From an uncultured Verrucomicrobiae bacterium (GTDB lineage: Bacteria > Verrucomicrobiota > Verrucomicrobiia > Chthoniobacterales > UBA10450), in NCBI GenBank assembly GCA_963815455.1, contig CAWFGO010000001.1, forward strand, positions 736,001 through 800,000: a DNA stretch of 64,000 bases, read 5' to 3'. Positions 31,743-41,845 of this stretch are shown piece after piece (position 1 is the stretch's first letter; the number at the start of each line of letters is the position of its first letter). Both the position numbers and the translations under genes were made by a program. Under the pieces are notes generated by a model. It saw only the letters and a program-made list of their open reading frames with translations, searched no databases and had not been told where the DNA came from.

Positions 31743-33344
31743 TCAACCCCGGCTCAGCAGCGTGTCGCGCTTGAATTGTCGATCCTCGGCATGCGGATAA
31801 TCCAGCGTGTAATGGAGGCCGCGGCTCTCCTTTCGGCTCAAGGCCGAATCGACAATGAGCGCCGCCACCGTGGCCAGATTGCGCAACTCCAGCAGATCGA
31901 CCGATACCTTGAAATTCCAATAAAACTCGCGGATTTCGCGCTGCAGATTTCGCAGGCGGGCGCTGGCTCGCTGCAGTCGTTTGTCCGTCCGCACGATCCC
32001 CACGTAATCCCACATCAAACGCCGGATCTCGTCCCAATTATGATAAATCACGACCAGCTCATCCACATCCTGGACATTGCCGGATTGCCATTCGGGCACG
32101 GACATTTCGCGAGTCGGATACGACGGCGATTTGAAATTCACCGCAATTTCGGCTGCGCGATGCGCCACCACCAGACCTTCCAGCAGTGAGTTAGCTGGCA
32201 AGCCGATTCGCGCCGTGCAATCCGGTGCAGCCCACTTCGCCGATGGCAAAAAGGCCCGGCAAACTTGTCACCCCGTTCACGTCGGTGTTGATCCCGCCGC
32301 ATTGATAATGCGCCGCCGGCACAACCGGGATCGGCTGCTTCGACATGTCGATCCCGAATCGCAGACACGTTTCGTAAATGTGCGGGAAACGCTCCTTGAT
32401 GAATTCCGGCGATTTGTGCGTGATATCGAGAAAGACGCATTGCGCTCCGGAACGTTTGATCTCGGCGTCGATCGCCCGGGCCACGATGTCCCGCGGCGCC
32501 AGCGCACCGCGCGAATCGTAGCGTTTCATAAAATCTTCGCCGCGATTGTTGCGCAAGATGCCGCCCTCGCCGCGCACCGCCTCGGAGATCAGAAACGATT
32601 TCGCTTTTGGATGAAACAGACAGGTCGGATGGAATTGCACGAACTCCATGTTCGCGATCGTCGCTCCGGCCCGCCAGGCCATGGCCACGCCGTCGCCGGT
32701 CGCGATGTCCGGATTGGTTGTGTAGAGATAAACTTTCCCGCAACCGCCGGTCGCCAGCACGATCCGGTCGGACCGGATCGTTTCCACTTCGCCGCTTTTT
32801 TCATCGAGAACATAAACACCCAGACAACGGTCCTCGGTGGCGAACCCGAGTTTCGCCGCGGTGATCAAATCGACCGCCATGTGATTCTCCAGAAGGTCGA
32901 CATGCGGCTGACGGCCCAATTCGCGAAGCAACGTCTCCTCGATCTCCTTGCCCGGTCACGTCGTGCACATGCAAGACGCGCCGTTTCGAATGGCCGGCTT
33001 CGCGTCCCAGATCGAGCTCGCGATGTCCCTGCGACTTCGCGCTCGTCGAAATGCAAGCCAAGATCGACAAGCTCGCGGATTCGCGCAGGCCCTTCGGTCA
33101 CGACCGTGCGCACAACGTTCTCGTCGCAAAGTCCCGCCCCCGCTTCGAGCGTGTCGCGCACATGCAGATCGAAAGAATCTTCGTCGCTCGTGACGCAGGC
33201 AATGCCGCCCTGCGCCCACGCCGTATTCGTATCGGCGCCTTTGCGTTTCGTAACCACAGCCACCGAGCCGTGCTTCGCCGCTTTCAAGGCAAAACTCAGC
33301 CCCGCAATGCCGCTGCCGATCACGACGAAATCGTATTCCTTCAT
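31743..33344 (-). CDS. nadB: L-aspartate oxidase (apparent frameshifts near 33030, 32950 and 32190)
   Basis: [82 protein letters not shown]. Confidence 0.93.
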
Positions 33345-34175
33345 TCCAAACGAATGTTATCGATCAACCGAGTCTTGCCGAAGAACACCGCCAGCGCGAG
33401 CAGCGAATTCGGCCGGACCGATTCGATCGGTTGCAAAGTCTCCGCATCGACAAGACCGACATAGTCGATCCGCGCCAGACGGCGCTTCGCCAATCGTTTT
33501 CCGCGACAAGATCGACAATTTCCTTCGCGGATTTCGTCCCGGCATTCTTCGCCGCCATCAAAGCCTGGTGCAAAACCGCCGCCTGTTTTCGCTCGCTCCG
33601 CGTTCAAATATTGATTGCGCGAGCTGCAGGCCAATCCGTCCTGTTCGCGCACGGTCGGCACGGCGACGATGTCGATCTTGAAATTGAGATCGCGCACCAT
33701 GCGCCGGATGATCGCCAGTTGCTGAAAATCTTTTTCGCCAAACACCGCCGCGTCCGGCGCAAGAATGTTGAACAATTTCGCCACCACCGTGCAAACACCG
33801 CGAAAATGTCCGGGGCGCGATTCGCCTTCGAGCACGTTGGACAATGCAATTTCATCGACGAACACCGACCGATCGTCCGCATACATTTCCTCCGGAGACG
33901 GCCGGAACAGAAGATCGACACCGGCCTTCCGGCAGAATTCTTCATCGGTTTTTTCCGGGCGCGGATACCGCTCGTAATCGCTTCCCGGTTCGAACTGGAG
34001 CGGGTTCACAAAAATGCTGACCACAACTTCGCCATCTTTCCAGCCCGCTCTCGCGCGCGCGACGCGGATCAATTCGCCATGCGCCTTGATGCAAAGCGCC
34101 CATCGTCGGCACCAGCACGCGTGGTCTAGCCCGCGGCTGCGACTGCGCCTCGTCAATTGTGGTCAAAATCTTCAT
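33341..34175 (-). CDS. panC: Pantoate--beta-alanine ligase (several apparent frameshifts)
   Basis: VLVPTMGALH, SIFVNPLQF, RPGHFRGV, FGEKDFQQL, REQDGLACSSRN, TRLIDN. Confidence 0.93.
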
Positions 34176-34192
34176 CCACCTCGATTGTCGAT

Positions 34193-34882
34193 CTATTCCA
34201 GCCAAATCGCCTGCCTGGCGAACCGAAAGTTCCGGTGGCCGAATTTTTCCCAGCCGGCCCGGCGCGCCAATTCCTGCATTTCTCCGAATGAAAATGCTCG
34301 CGCGGCGGAAAGGCGCGCATCGAAGCGGGTCATTGGTTCGCGAAATATTACCGCGGTCAAAAGATAAACGCCGGCATCGGTCAGAAATCCCCGTCGCAAG
34401 TCCGAGACTAGCACCCATCTGCGCGACAGTTCACGACACCGGGACAAGATACGGATGGCGTCGTTGTCACTAAAGTGGTGCAAGGCGAGCGAATTCAGAA
34501 CGATGTCGTAGCGCTCATCAGACTTCCATTCCAGAATGTTCGCTTCCAAGAAAGAGATCTCCGGGTATTCGGCGCTCAAACTTTTGGCTATCTCAAGAAT
34601 CGGAGGTTGCTGATCCACCGCATCAATCTGAACGGTGGCGCCGATCGATCTGGCGTAATCGACAATGCGTCGTGGGATATCGCCCGATCCAGTGGCCAGA
34701 TCGGCGATGCGCACGTGATCGCCCGGTTTGAGCCAGCGTTTCATAAAACTCAAAACCAGACGATAACTGCCAAACCAGCGATTGAGCTGACGAATGCGTT
34801 CCAGATCGAGTTCCAGCTCGGGCGAGACCGGCTGCGGCCGATCCATCATCTCCAGCACAGCCGGATCGAATTGGCGCTTCAT
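34193..34882 (-). CDS. Class I SAM-dependent methyltransferase
   Basis: EMMD N-terminal motif, IADLATGSGD, LALHHF, SDLRR, DARLSAARAF. Confidence 0.88.
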   Translation of the reverse strand: MKRQFDPAVLEMMDRPQPVSPELELDLERIRQLNRWFGSYRLVLSFMKRWLKPGDHVRIADLATGSGDIPRRIVDYARSIGATVQIDAVDQQPPILEIAKSLSAEYPEISFLEANILEWKSDERYDIVLNSLALHHFSDNDAIRILSRCRELSRRWVLVSDLRRGFLTDAGVYLLTAVIFREPMTRFDARLSAARAFSFGEMQELARRAGWEKFGHRNFRFARQAIWLE

Positions 34883-34925
34883 TTAAATGATCTCGCGGCC
34901 TCGGAAAATTTCGGAGCAGCGCTTT

Positions 34926-35058
34926 CTGTCATCCCGAGCGCAGCGAGGGACCTCACAATCGCGCTCCAGCCGACCAAACGACACTATGCCAGGACCGTAT
35001 CGTAGCTCGCGAACGCTGCCTCTGCTCGCGGGGTCCTTCGCTTCGCTCAGGATGACAG
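34926..35058. repeat. GTCATC-type palindromic (REP-like) element
   Basis: CTGTCATCCCGAGCGCAGCGAGGGACCTCAC ... GCGGGGTCCTTCGCTTCGCTCAGGATGACAG, imperfect inverted ends. Confidence 0.75.
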
Positions 35059-35137
35059 ACATGGCGCAGCGCGTTTCACGGTAATGCGAATTCATTCTAC
35101 GCTTGGAAAATCACTGTCGCCTAATCACAGGGCGCCG

Positions 35138-35884
35138 CTACGACGAGAGGAATTTTTCCCAGCCCGGCGGCAACTCCGCCGTCTCGACCTCGCTGGCAAT
35201 CCGCCCCTCGAACTCGGGATGAAAGGTCGTGCTCGTCCCGTAAACCATGAGCACATCCTCGGAACCTTCCGCGCGGATCGCGTGAGCCACCCCAGGCGGA
35301 ACGACAACGCCCACGTTGTTGCGCCCGCGATGATTATCACCATCGACAAAAAAACGCATCGTCCGCCCAGGCAGACCGGCCCGGACATCGCGCAGGATCA
35401 TTTCGGCCCGGCCTTGCAGAAAAAACATCACGTCCCATTGCTCGCGATCGTAGGGACGAAGCGAAAATTGTTGCGGCTCGGTGATGAACAAACGCCGGTG
35501 CCATTTTTCGGCCGTAGTGTCGGCCGGAATGCTCGGCGGATGGATATGAAATCCCTTTGCGCTGTGAGCAAACATCCGCGCGGCCGCCCATTGCCTGGGC
35601 CAGAGGCCAATTCTGGCCAGGACGCCTTCGTCCTGCCGAACCAGCTCGCCAAACGCCCCGCGATACCGCTGGGCATGGACCTCGCGCCGGAAAATCTCAA
35701 CGCCCGGAATCCAAACCCGTTTTATTTCGGGCTTACGCTGGTCGGCCCCGGCCAGCTCGCCGGCATCGACTCCCGATTGGCGTAGCCGCTGGTCGAGCGA
35801 ACTCGTCTTGTAGTCCCGCGCAGCCAGCGCCTTTCGCGCCGATTCGCTCAGGCCGGCCCAAAGATTCTTGTCGCGTTTGTTCAT
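35138..35884 (-). CDS. RmlC-like cupin (dTDP-4-dehydrorhamnose 3,5-epimerase family)
   Basis: IPGVEI, RGAFGELVR, AKGFHIH, QWD, LRDVRAG, VVVPPGVAH. Confidence 0.72.
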   Translation of the reverse strand: MNKRDKNLWAGLSESARKALAARDYKTSSLDQRLRQSGVDAGELAGADQRKPEIKRVWIPGVEIFRREVHAQRYRGAFGELVRQDEGVLARIGLWPRQWAAARMFAHSAKGFHIHPPSIPADTTAEKWHRRLFITEPQQFSLRPYDREQWDVMFFLQGRAEMILRDVRAGLPGRTMRFFVDGDNHRGRNNVGVVVPPGVAHAIRAEGSEDVLMVYGTSTTFHPEFEGRIASEVETAELPPGWEKFLSS

Positions 35885-36017
35885 GTCGATCTTGGGAAGC
35901 GACTTGCGTGCCTAACGAGACACCGCCAGTCGCCACCGGGATAGTATATGTAATTGAAGCCGGGCACATGCAAATTTACGCTGCGGCATAGGTGCGCCAT
36001 ACTCTGGGCGACTCCGC

Positions 36018-37958
36018 ATGTTCGACTTTCCAATTTACCTCCTCTACCGTGCCGCGACTGCCGTCCTGGCCCTGCTCCCTTTGCGCGTCCTTTTCGCAAT
36101 CGGGAACACGACCGGGTTCTGCGCCTGGGTGATCGCGGGAAAATATCGAGAACTGGCATGTCGTAATCTGGCGATCGCATTCGCGCCGGGAAAATCGGCC
36201 GGCGAATTGCGCCGCCTTGCCCGCCGCCATTTTCAGAGACTCGGCGCGAATCTCCTTTGCAGCGTGAAACTCACCCACATGCCTCCGGAGGAAATTCTTC
36301 GGCATGTTACGGTCGAAAATATCGAGAGTATGGACCGGGCATTTCGCGCCGGCGTTCCCGTGGTTCTCGTTTTGAGTCATCTCGGCACCTGGGAATTATT
36401 TGCACAATTGATGCCGAAATTCGTCGGTTACGTTCGCAATGCGACTGTCTATCAAAAGCTCGGCAATCGTTTCATCGATGAACATGTCCGGCGCACTCGC
36501 AGTCGCACCGGTCTGGAGATGTTCGACCGCAAGGAAGGATTCCAGCCCGTCATCGATTTGCTGCGCGCCGGCGGCGGTGTCGGCATTTTGAGCGACCAGC
36601 ACGCGGGCGACCAGGGACTTTGGACGCCGTTTTTCGGACGGCTGGCATCGACATCGCCACTGGCTGCGCTGCTGGCCAAGCGCAGCCGGGCAGCGCTGAT
36701 CGCCGCCGCGGTTTACACCGCCGGTCCGGCGTGTTGGCGCATGGTTTTTACCGATCGGTTCGACAAAGCCGGCGAGTCACTCGAATCGATCACGTCGAAA
36801 ACAAACGAAATAATCGAACAACAAATTCGCCACGCCCCCGAGGACTGGTTTTGGGTTCATAATCGATGGAAAACACCGCGCCCGAAATTCCTGCTCGCGC
36901 GATACAAACGCGGAGTGTATCTGCCCTCCAATGTGCCCGCGAAAGATTTGAAACCGTTCCGGATTCTGGTTCGCTCGAGCAATTGGCTCGGAGACGCCGC
37001 CATGAGCGTCCCCGCGATTCGCGCGATCAAGGCCGGCCGGCCCGATGCCCACGTCACTATCGCCGCGCCGGCGAAAATCGCGCCGCTATGGAAGTTGGTG
37101 CCGGAGGTGGATGAAATTCTGCCGCTCAAACGGAAATCGCTGTTTGCCGCTGCCCGTGCAATTCGGCAACAACCCGATTTCGACGTCGCGATTCTCTTTC
37201 CCAATTCGCTCCGGGCGGCACTGGAGGTCTGGTTAGGCGGCGTTCCCCGGCGGGTCGGTTATCGCGGCCATCGGCGGAGCTGGTTATTGAACCAGATCGT
37301 GCGCGAAGCGCGAAAGCCGGGACCGATCGAGCACCAGAGCAATCGCTATCTTCGGATCGCCCAGGAGTGCGGAGCGGAAATGGCAGCGATCGAAAATCGA
37401 AAATCGAAAATCGAAAATATCGCGAGGAACGAAGGAACAAAGATCGCCCTTTGCCCCGGCGCGGAATATGGGCCGGCCAAACGCTGGCTGCCGGAACGTT
37501 TTGCCGAAGCCGCCAGCAGCATCGCCGCGCAACAGAAAGTGCAATGGATCTTGTTTGGAACGGCGAACGACGTCGATGTTGGAAAACAAATCGCCGGAGC
37601 GTTGGGCGACAATTGCATCAATCGCATCGGCCAAACCACACTCGATCAACTTATCGACGAACTACGCGAGTGCCGATTATTGCTTACGAACGACACCGGC
37701 TCGATGCATCTGGCCGCGCTTCTGGACGTGCCGACTGTCGCCGTCTTTGGCTCGACCGAGCCGAAACTGACCGGCCCCCTCGGCGATGGTCACGTAATTC
37801 TGCGCCATCAAGTCGAGTGCAGTCCGTGTTTCCTGCGCCATTGCCCGATTGATTTCCGATGCATGAAAGCCGTAACCGTCCCGGAAGTTGTCGATGCCGT
37901 GATGTCGATCTTGCAGGGCAACACCACGAAGAAAACGAAGAGCGCGAAGAAAAGTTGA
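36018..37958 (+). CDS. waaF: Fusion of a lipid A acyltransferase (LpxL/HtrB family) and an ADP-heptose:LPS heptosyltransferase II (GT9)
   Basis: N-half HLGTWE, LSDQH, FFGR, PEDWFWVHNRWK; C-half SNWLGDAAMS, CPGAEYGPAKRW, TNDTGSMHLAA, FGST, CSPCFLRHCP; one continuous frame. Confidence 0.9.
   Translation: MFDFPIYLLYRAATAVLALLPLRVLFAIGNTTGFCAWVIAGKYRELACRNLAIAFAPGKSAGELRRLARRHFQRLGANLLCSVKLTHMPPEEILRHVTVENIESMDRAFRAGVPVVLVLSHLGTWELFAQLMPKFVGYVRNATVYQKLGNRFIDEHVRRTRSRTGLEMFDRKEGFQPVIDLLRAGGGVGILSDQHAGDQGLWTPFFGRLASTSPLAALLAKRSRAALIAAAVYTAGPACWRMVFTDRFDKAGESLESITSKTNEIIEQQIRHAPEDWFWVHNRWKTPRPKFLLARYKRGVYLPSNVPAKDLKPFRILVRSSNWLGDAAMSVPAIRAIKAGRPDAHVTIAAPAKIAPLWKLVPEVDEILPLKRKSLFAAARAIRQQPDFDVAILFPNSLRAALEVWLGGVPRRVGYRGHRRSWLLNQIVREARKPGPIEHQSNRYLRIAQECGAEMAAIENRKSKIENIARNEGTKIALCPGAEYGPAKRWLPERFAEAASSIAAQQKVQWILFGTANDVDVGKQIAGALGDNCINRIGQTTLDQLIDELRECRLLLTNDTGSMHLAALLDVPTVAVFGSTEPKLTGPLGDGHVILRHQVECSPCFLRHCPIDFRCMKAVTVPEVVDAVMSILQGNTTKKTKSAKKS
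37389..37416 (+). repeat. Perfect heptamer repeat (ATCGAAA)4 inside the waaF domain
   Basis: Visible directly; encodes IENRKSKIEN. Confidence 0.85.
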
Positions 37959-37979
37959 ATTAATCTGCCTTTCCAACCG

Positions 37980-38417
37980 ATGAATTCAGAGGCGCCGCGT
38001 ATTCGCACCGAAGTGCAGGTGATGTTTTTCGACACCGACTGCGGCGGGGTCGTTTCCAACATCGCTTATCTGCGGTTTATCGAGATCGCCCGCACCCAGC
38101 TGGCGGAGGAACTCGGTCTTCGTTTGGCCGACATGTCCAGGACCCAGCAATATCCCGTGATCGTTCGGACCGAGATCGATTACCGGCGGGCCGCGAAACT
38201 GGCGGATCGGCTCGTGGTGGAAGGCTGGCTCGATCGAGTCGAGCGCGCGCGGTTCTGGTGCGCCTTTCGGATTGTTCGGCCAAGCGACGACGCCCTAATA
38301 GCCGAGTGCCGCCAGATGCTCGCGCTGATCGAAATGCCTGCCGGGAAATTGCTGCGTTTGCCGGAAAGCTGGGACAAATATCGTGGGCCGCGGTCGGCGG
38401 CCGCGGCTACAGGTTAA
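37980..38417 (+). CDS. Acyl-CoA thioesterase (4HBT/YbgC-like)
   Basis: VMFFDTDCGGVVSNIAYLRFIEIAR, IDYRRAA. Confidence 0.88.
   Translation: MNSEAPRIRTEVQVMFFDTDCGGVVSNIAYLRFIEIARTQLAEELGLRLADMSRTQQYPVIVRTEIDYRRAAKLADRLVVEGWLDRVERARFWCAFRIVRPSDDALIAECRQMLALIEMPAGKLLRLPESWDKYRGPRSAAAATG
38386..38411 (-). repeat. GTAG-type REP inside the 3' end of the thioesterase CDS
   Basis: Minus strand TGTAGCCGCGGCCGCCGACCGCGGCC. Confidence 0.6.
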
Positions 38418-38423
38418 TTGTCG

Positions 38424-40211
38424 ATGGTCGCCGCCACTCGCACATTTCGGATTGAAGAAACTCTGCTCGAGCCGCAGGCCATTCCCCCGCCCCCGACTCG
38501 GCATGCGCTGTTTGTCATTTTGATCGCGCTGGCGGCGTTATTGCACGTGGCGACGATCGGCTCGGGCGATCTCTACAGCCAGACCGAGGGGCAATACGCC
38601 GGCGCTGCCAAAGAGATGGTTGAGACCCATCAATGGCTCCTGCCTACCAATGACGGAATTCCGCGCCTGCAAAAACCGCCCCTTCTCTACTGGCTCATCA
38701 TTATTTCCTTCAAGTTGTTTGGCGTAAACGCCGCCGCAGCGCGTCTGCCCGTTGCTCTCGCCGTGGTTGCCTCGGTTGCTCTTGTTTTCTTGATTGGCGA
38801 AAAATTGACGGATTACTGGCGCGGCTTTGTCGCGGGCCTGATCTATCTCAGTTTGTGTGGAACGTTCCTGCTGGCCCGCATCGTCATGCCGGAGCCGCTG
38901 GTCAGTGCATTCGTCGCCGGCGCGATTTTTTGCGGTATTTGTGGTTATCAGCGGCGGCAATATCGCCGCGTCTGGTTCGCCGGATTCTGGATTTGTGGCG
39001 CCCTGGCCTGCCTGACCAAAGGCGTCCTGGGATTCGTTTACCCGGCCGCGGTTTTTCTTGTGCTGGCAATTTTTTACCGCGAAGCGCGCATCCGGTTTCG
39101 CGGACTCCTCCGTTTGGAATATCTGTCGATCTTCCTCCTAATCGTCGCGCCCTGGCATATCTGGGCGGAACGGCATTTTCCAGGATACTTTCATTACATC
39201 ATCGGGCAGGAATGGATGGGGCATCTGCGCGGCGTTTCCGACGAAACGCGCGATTTCGCCGGCGTCCCGCCTTTGCAATTCCTGGCGCTGCATTTGGCCT
39301 GGTGGTTCCCGTGGTCGGTCGCGCTGTTGCCGGGCGTTGTTTTTGCCTGGCGCCGAATACTGCGGCCGCGTGAAATTGACTTCGGCGACGCGCTCCCGCT
39401 ATACTGGATGGCAGTGATTTTTGTGCCGTTGCTCTTTCTCGGCCAGCGCCAGGATTATTATTCGATGAGCATGTGGGGCGCGCTTGCGCTCTGGGCCGCC
39501 GTGGCGTGGGACCGGATGCCGGCCCGGTTCCGCGTTGCTGGAACAATCGCGGTCGGTCTCGTGGGAGTGGCCAGCGTTGCGCTCGCCTTATTCCTTCCAC
39601 ATGCCGCCAATACATTGAACGGACATTGGGGAATAATGGACAAACGCTGGACCGCATGGGCTGCCTTGCGCGACATGCCCGTTTCAACCTGGCTCTCGTT
39701 TCGCCCCATGCTTGCCATCACGGGCGCCTCACTTGTTTCCCTGTCTCTGGTGGCGCTCTATTTTAGGCAGCGCGAGAAACTGGCCGCCGTCGCCCTGGCC
39801 GTCGCGATGTTGCCCGGTGGACTCAGCATGATGGACGGCGTCGCCCGAATGGCGCCGTATTTTTCAATGGCCGAGATCGGCCGGTTCTTGAACCCGCGCC
39901 TGGAAGACAATGGCGAAGTGCTTTTCGAAGGTCTGCTAACTGACGGCAGCAGCCTCATTTTTTATCTCGATCAAAAGTTCTTTCTCGTAAATCAAAACCC
40001 GCGCAAGGAAAACCCGATCGGCAAACCGTCCACCGGCATTTTTCTCAAGGAAGAAGTCGTTTTGGAAAAATGGGGGTCGCCCGATGCCGTTTATCTAATC
40101 GTCGAGCAGGGGCGCGTCAGCTACTGGCAACAGCGAATAACCGAACGCTTTCACATTTTTCATCAGGTCACGACGTCGGGCACGTACGCCGTGCTCAGCA
40201 ATCAACTATAA
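38424..40211 (+). CDS. ArnT/PMT_2-family membrane glycosyltransferase
   Basis: [44 protein letters not shown], many TM helices. Confidence 0.88.
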   Translation: MVAATRTFRIEETLLEPQAIPPPPTRHALFVILIALAALLHVATIGSGDLYSQTEGQYAGAAKEMVETHQWLLPTNDGIPRLQKPPLLYWLIIISFKLFGVNAAAARLPVALAVVASVALVFLIGEKLTDYWRGFVAGLIYLSLCGTFLLARIVMPEPLVSAFVAGAIFCGICGYQRRQYRRVWFAGFWICGALACLTKGVLGFVYPAAVFLVLAIFYREARIRFRGLLRLEYLSIFLLIVAPWHIWAERHFPGYFHYIIGQEWMGHLRGVSDETRDFAGVPPLQFLALHLAWWFPWSVALLPGVVFAWRRILRPREIDFGDALPLYWMAVIFVPLLFLGQRQDYYSMSMWGALALWAAVAWDRMPARFRVAGTIAVGLVGVASVALALFLPHAANTLNGHWGIMDKRWTAWAALRDMPVSTWLSFRPMLAITGASLVSLSLVALYFRQREKLAAVALAVAMLPGGLSMMDGVARMAPYFSMAEIGRFLNPRLEDNGEVLFEGLLTDGSSLIFYLDQKFFLVNQNPRKENPIGKPSTGIFLKEEVVLEKWGSPDAVYLIVEQGRVSYWQQRITERFHIFHQVTTSGTYAVLSNQL

Positions 40212-40775
40212 CGGGCCGCGCACGTCGTCCTTGAGCAATCGCCCCCAATACTGGTTGTAGGGATGAACGCGCGTCTCGCGCTCGCCATCGCGGACAAGCG
40301 GGCGATGTTCGTTGGCCCACTCGAAAATCCCGCCATCTAGATTTTGCACGTGAGTAAATCCGGCCGCGCGCAGGCGTTGGGCCAGCGCGGCGGAACGATA
40401 CCCGACCGCGCAATAGGTAATGATCGGCGTGTCTTTCGGAATATCCGGCGCCGCGCTTTCCGCAGAAGCGCCCGGCTCGACCCGGCGCGCGTTGGGAATG
40501 TGACTCATGTTCCATTCCTCCGGTGTCCGAACATCGAGAAGCAGCGGCGATTGACGTTGTCGATCTTCCTGCCAGGCCGCCAACTCCTGCGTCGATATCC
40601 ATTGCACCTGCGGGAATTGGCTGCGGAGCGAGGCTCGCAGGAGGAACCATTGAAACGCACTTGTCTTGGTCGCGCCGTAGCCGGCCACAAGCACGATGAG
40701 CGCCGTGAGAACGAGGCCAAGCCGCGTGTTCGACTTCCCTGGTACTCGTGGCGGTAGTGGGCTGGCTAACTCCAT
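40206..40775 (-). CDS. Membrane-anchored rhodanese-domain protein
   Basis: [35 protein letters not shown]. Confidence 0.9.
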   Translation of the reverse strand: MELASPLPPRVPGKSNTRLGLVLTALIVLVAGYGATKTSAFQWFLLRASLRSQFPQVQWISTQELAAWQEDRQRQSPLLLDVRTPEEWNMSHIPNARRVEPGASAESAAPDIPKDTPIITYCAVGYRSAALAQRLRAAGFTHVQNLDGGIFEWANEHRPLVRDGERETRVHPYNQYWGRLLKDDVRGPL

Positions 40776-40850
40776 TTGAATAATTCGGTGACCGGCTTAA
40801 TGTGCCCGCTCATTTTCTACGTTTCAACGCCTTAACTCTTAAACGAATTT

Positions 40851-41006
40851 ATGTCGCAACATCGAAGTCTAAAAGGGGCCAGCACCATCGCCGCCAAACG
40901 CAACGTGCTAAAGCGTTTCGAGCGGGTCGAGCTTCTCAAAAAGCGCGGGCAGTGGAAGGACGGCCAGAAAGTCGTCGGCCTTCCCAAGACCAAGCCGGAT
41001 GTGTAA
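40851..41006 (+). CDS. PVC-superphylum signature small basic protein (51 aa)
   Basis: Manual translation MSQHRSLKGASTIAAKRNVLKRFERVELLKKRGQWKDGQKVVGLPKTKPDV*; matches the RNVLKR.ER...GLPK pattern; below the ORF-track length cutoff. Confidence 0.9.
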   Translation: MSQHRSLKGASTIAAKRNVLKRFERVELLKKRGQWKDGQKVVGLPKTKPDV

Positions 41007-41011
41007 GCGTA

Positions 41012-41093
41012 GTTGAGCGGTTGAGATGTTGAGTGGTTGAGGGGAATTGCTCATATCAACTTTCTCAACTCCTCAACCTCTCAACTCCTCAAC
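41012..41093. repeat. Inverted arrays of 8-nt tandem repeats: (GTTGAGNN)4 ... (CTCAACNN)4
   Basis: GTTGAG at 41012, 41020, 41028, 41036; CTCAAC at 41064, 41072, 41080, 41088. Confidence 0.85.
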
Positions 41094-41098
41094 CTCCC

Positions 41099-41845
41099 TT
41101 GCGTCTCAACCGTTTCCTCGCCGCCGCCGGCGCGGGGTCGCGTCGTCATTGCGATGAGCTGATTGCCGCCGGACGAGTCACGATTAACGGCCAGGTTTGC
41201 ACAAATTTCAGCGCGCAACCGGCCGAGCGCGATCACGTTAAAATCGACGGCAAACTTGTCCATGTCGATCCCCCGCTCACGATCATGTTGCATAAACCAG
41301 CCGGGTTCGTTTCCACGCGAAAAGACGAGCATGCCCGTGACACAATCTTCGATCTTCTGCCTCGAAAGCTTTCCGCGCTCTTCAGCATCGGTCGGCTCGA
41401 TGCCCAGAGCGAAGGCCTGCTCCTTCTCACCAACGATGGCGACCTCGCCCAGCGGCTTACCCATCCTCGCTACAAGATCGACAAGGAATACGAGGTAACT
41501 CTCGATCGCGCATGGGATCCGGCTCTGATGCCGAAATTATCGAAAGGAATTTTTTTGGACGGCAAACGGGCCCGGATCGAGCGGCTTCATTCGATGGCGC
41601 CGAGACGTTTGCGAGTCGTTCTGCGTCAGGGAATCAACCGGCAGATCCGCCGCATGTTCGAAGCGGTCGGTTATCGGGTGAAACATCTGGCCCGTATCCG
41701 GATCGGAAATTTGCGTCTCGGCGATTTACCTCGCGGCCACTGGCGCCCGCTCAACAAGCGCGAGCTCGAAAGTGTAGAGGCGGCCGTGCCGGCCGCAAAC
41801 CGTCGGGAAACTGCGCGCGACACGCGCGCCTCTACACCAAAATGA
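41099..41845 (+). CDS. rRNA pseudouridine synthase (RsuA/RluB family) with an S4 domain
   Basis: LRLNRFLA..GAGSRR, HKPAG, IGRLD (catalytic Asp), KEYEV, NRQIRRM; probable TTG start at 41099. Confidence 0.92.
   Translation: MRLNRFLAAAGAGSRRHCDELIAAGRVTINGQVCTNFSAQPAERDHVKIDGKLVHVDPPLTIMLHKPAGFVSTRKDEHARDTIFDLLPRKLSALFSIGRLDAQSEGLLLLTNDGDLAQRLTHPRYKIDKEYEVTLDRAWDPALMPKLSKGIFLDGKRARIERLHSMAPRRLRVVLRQGINRQIRRMFEAVGYRVKHLARIRIGNLRLGDLPRGHWRPLNKRELESVEAAVPAANRRETARDTRASTPK
41772..41837. repeat. GTAG-type REP doublet forming the last ~22 codons of the pseudouridine synthase
   Basis: GTGTAGAGGCG ... CGCCTCTACAC outer inverted repeat with two internal GC hairpins. Confidence 0.75.

Noticed and set aside
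32077..33681. 534-aa plus-strand ORF and other long antisense ORFs (e.g. 14596-15654, 30830-31600)
   Set aside because: Shadow ORFs opposite well-supported genes in GC-rich DNA, with no recognisable motifs.
41012..41093. Periodic repeats as a CRISPR array or iterons
   Set aside because: The units are 8 nt with no unique spacers; no cas or rep gene is nearby.
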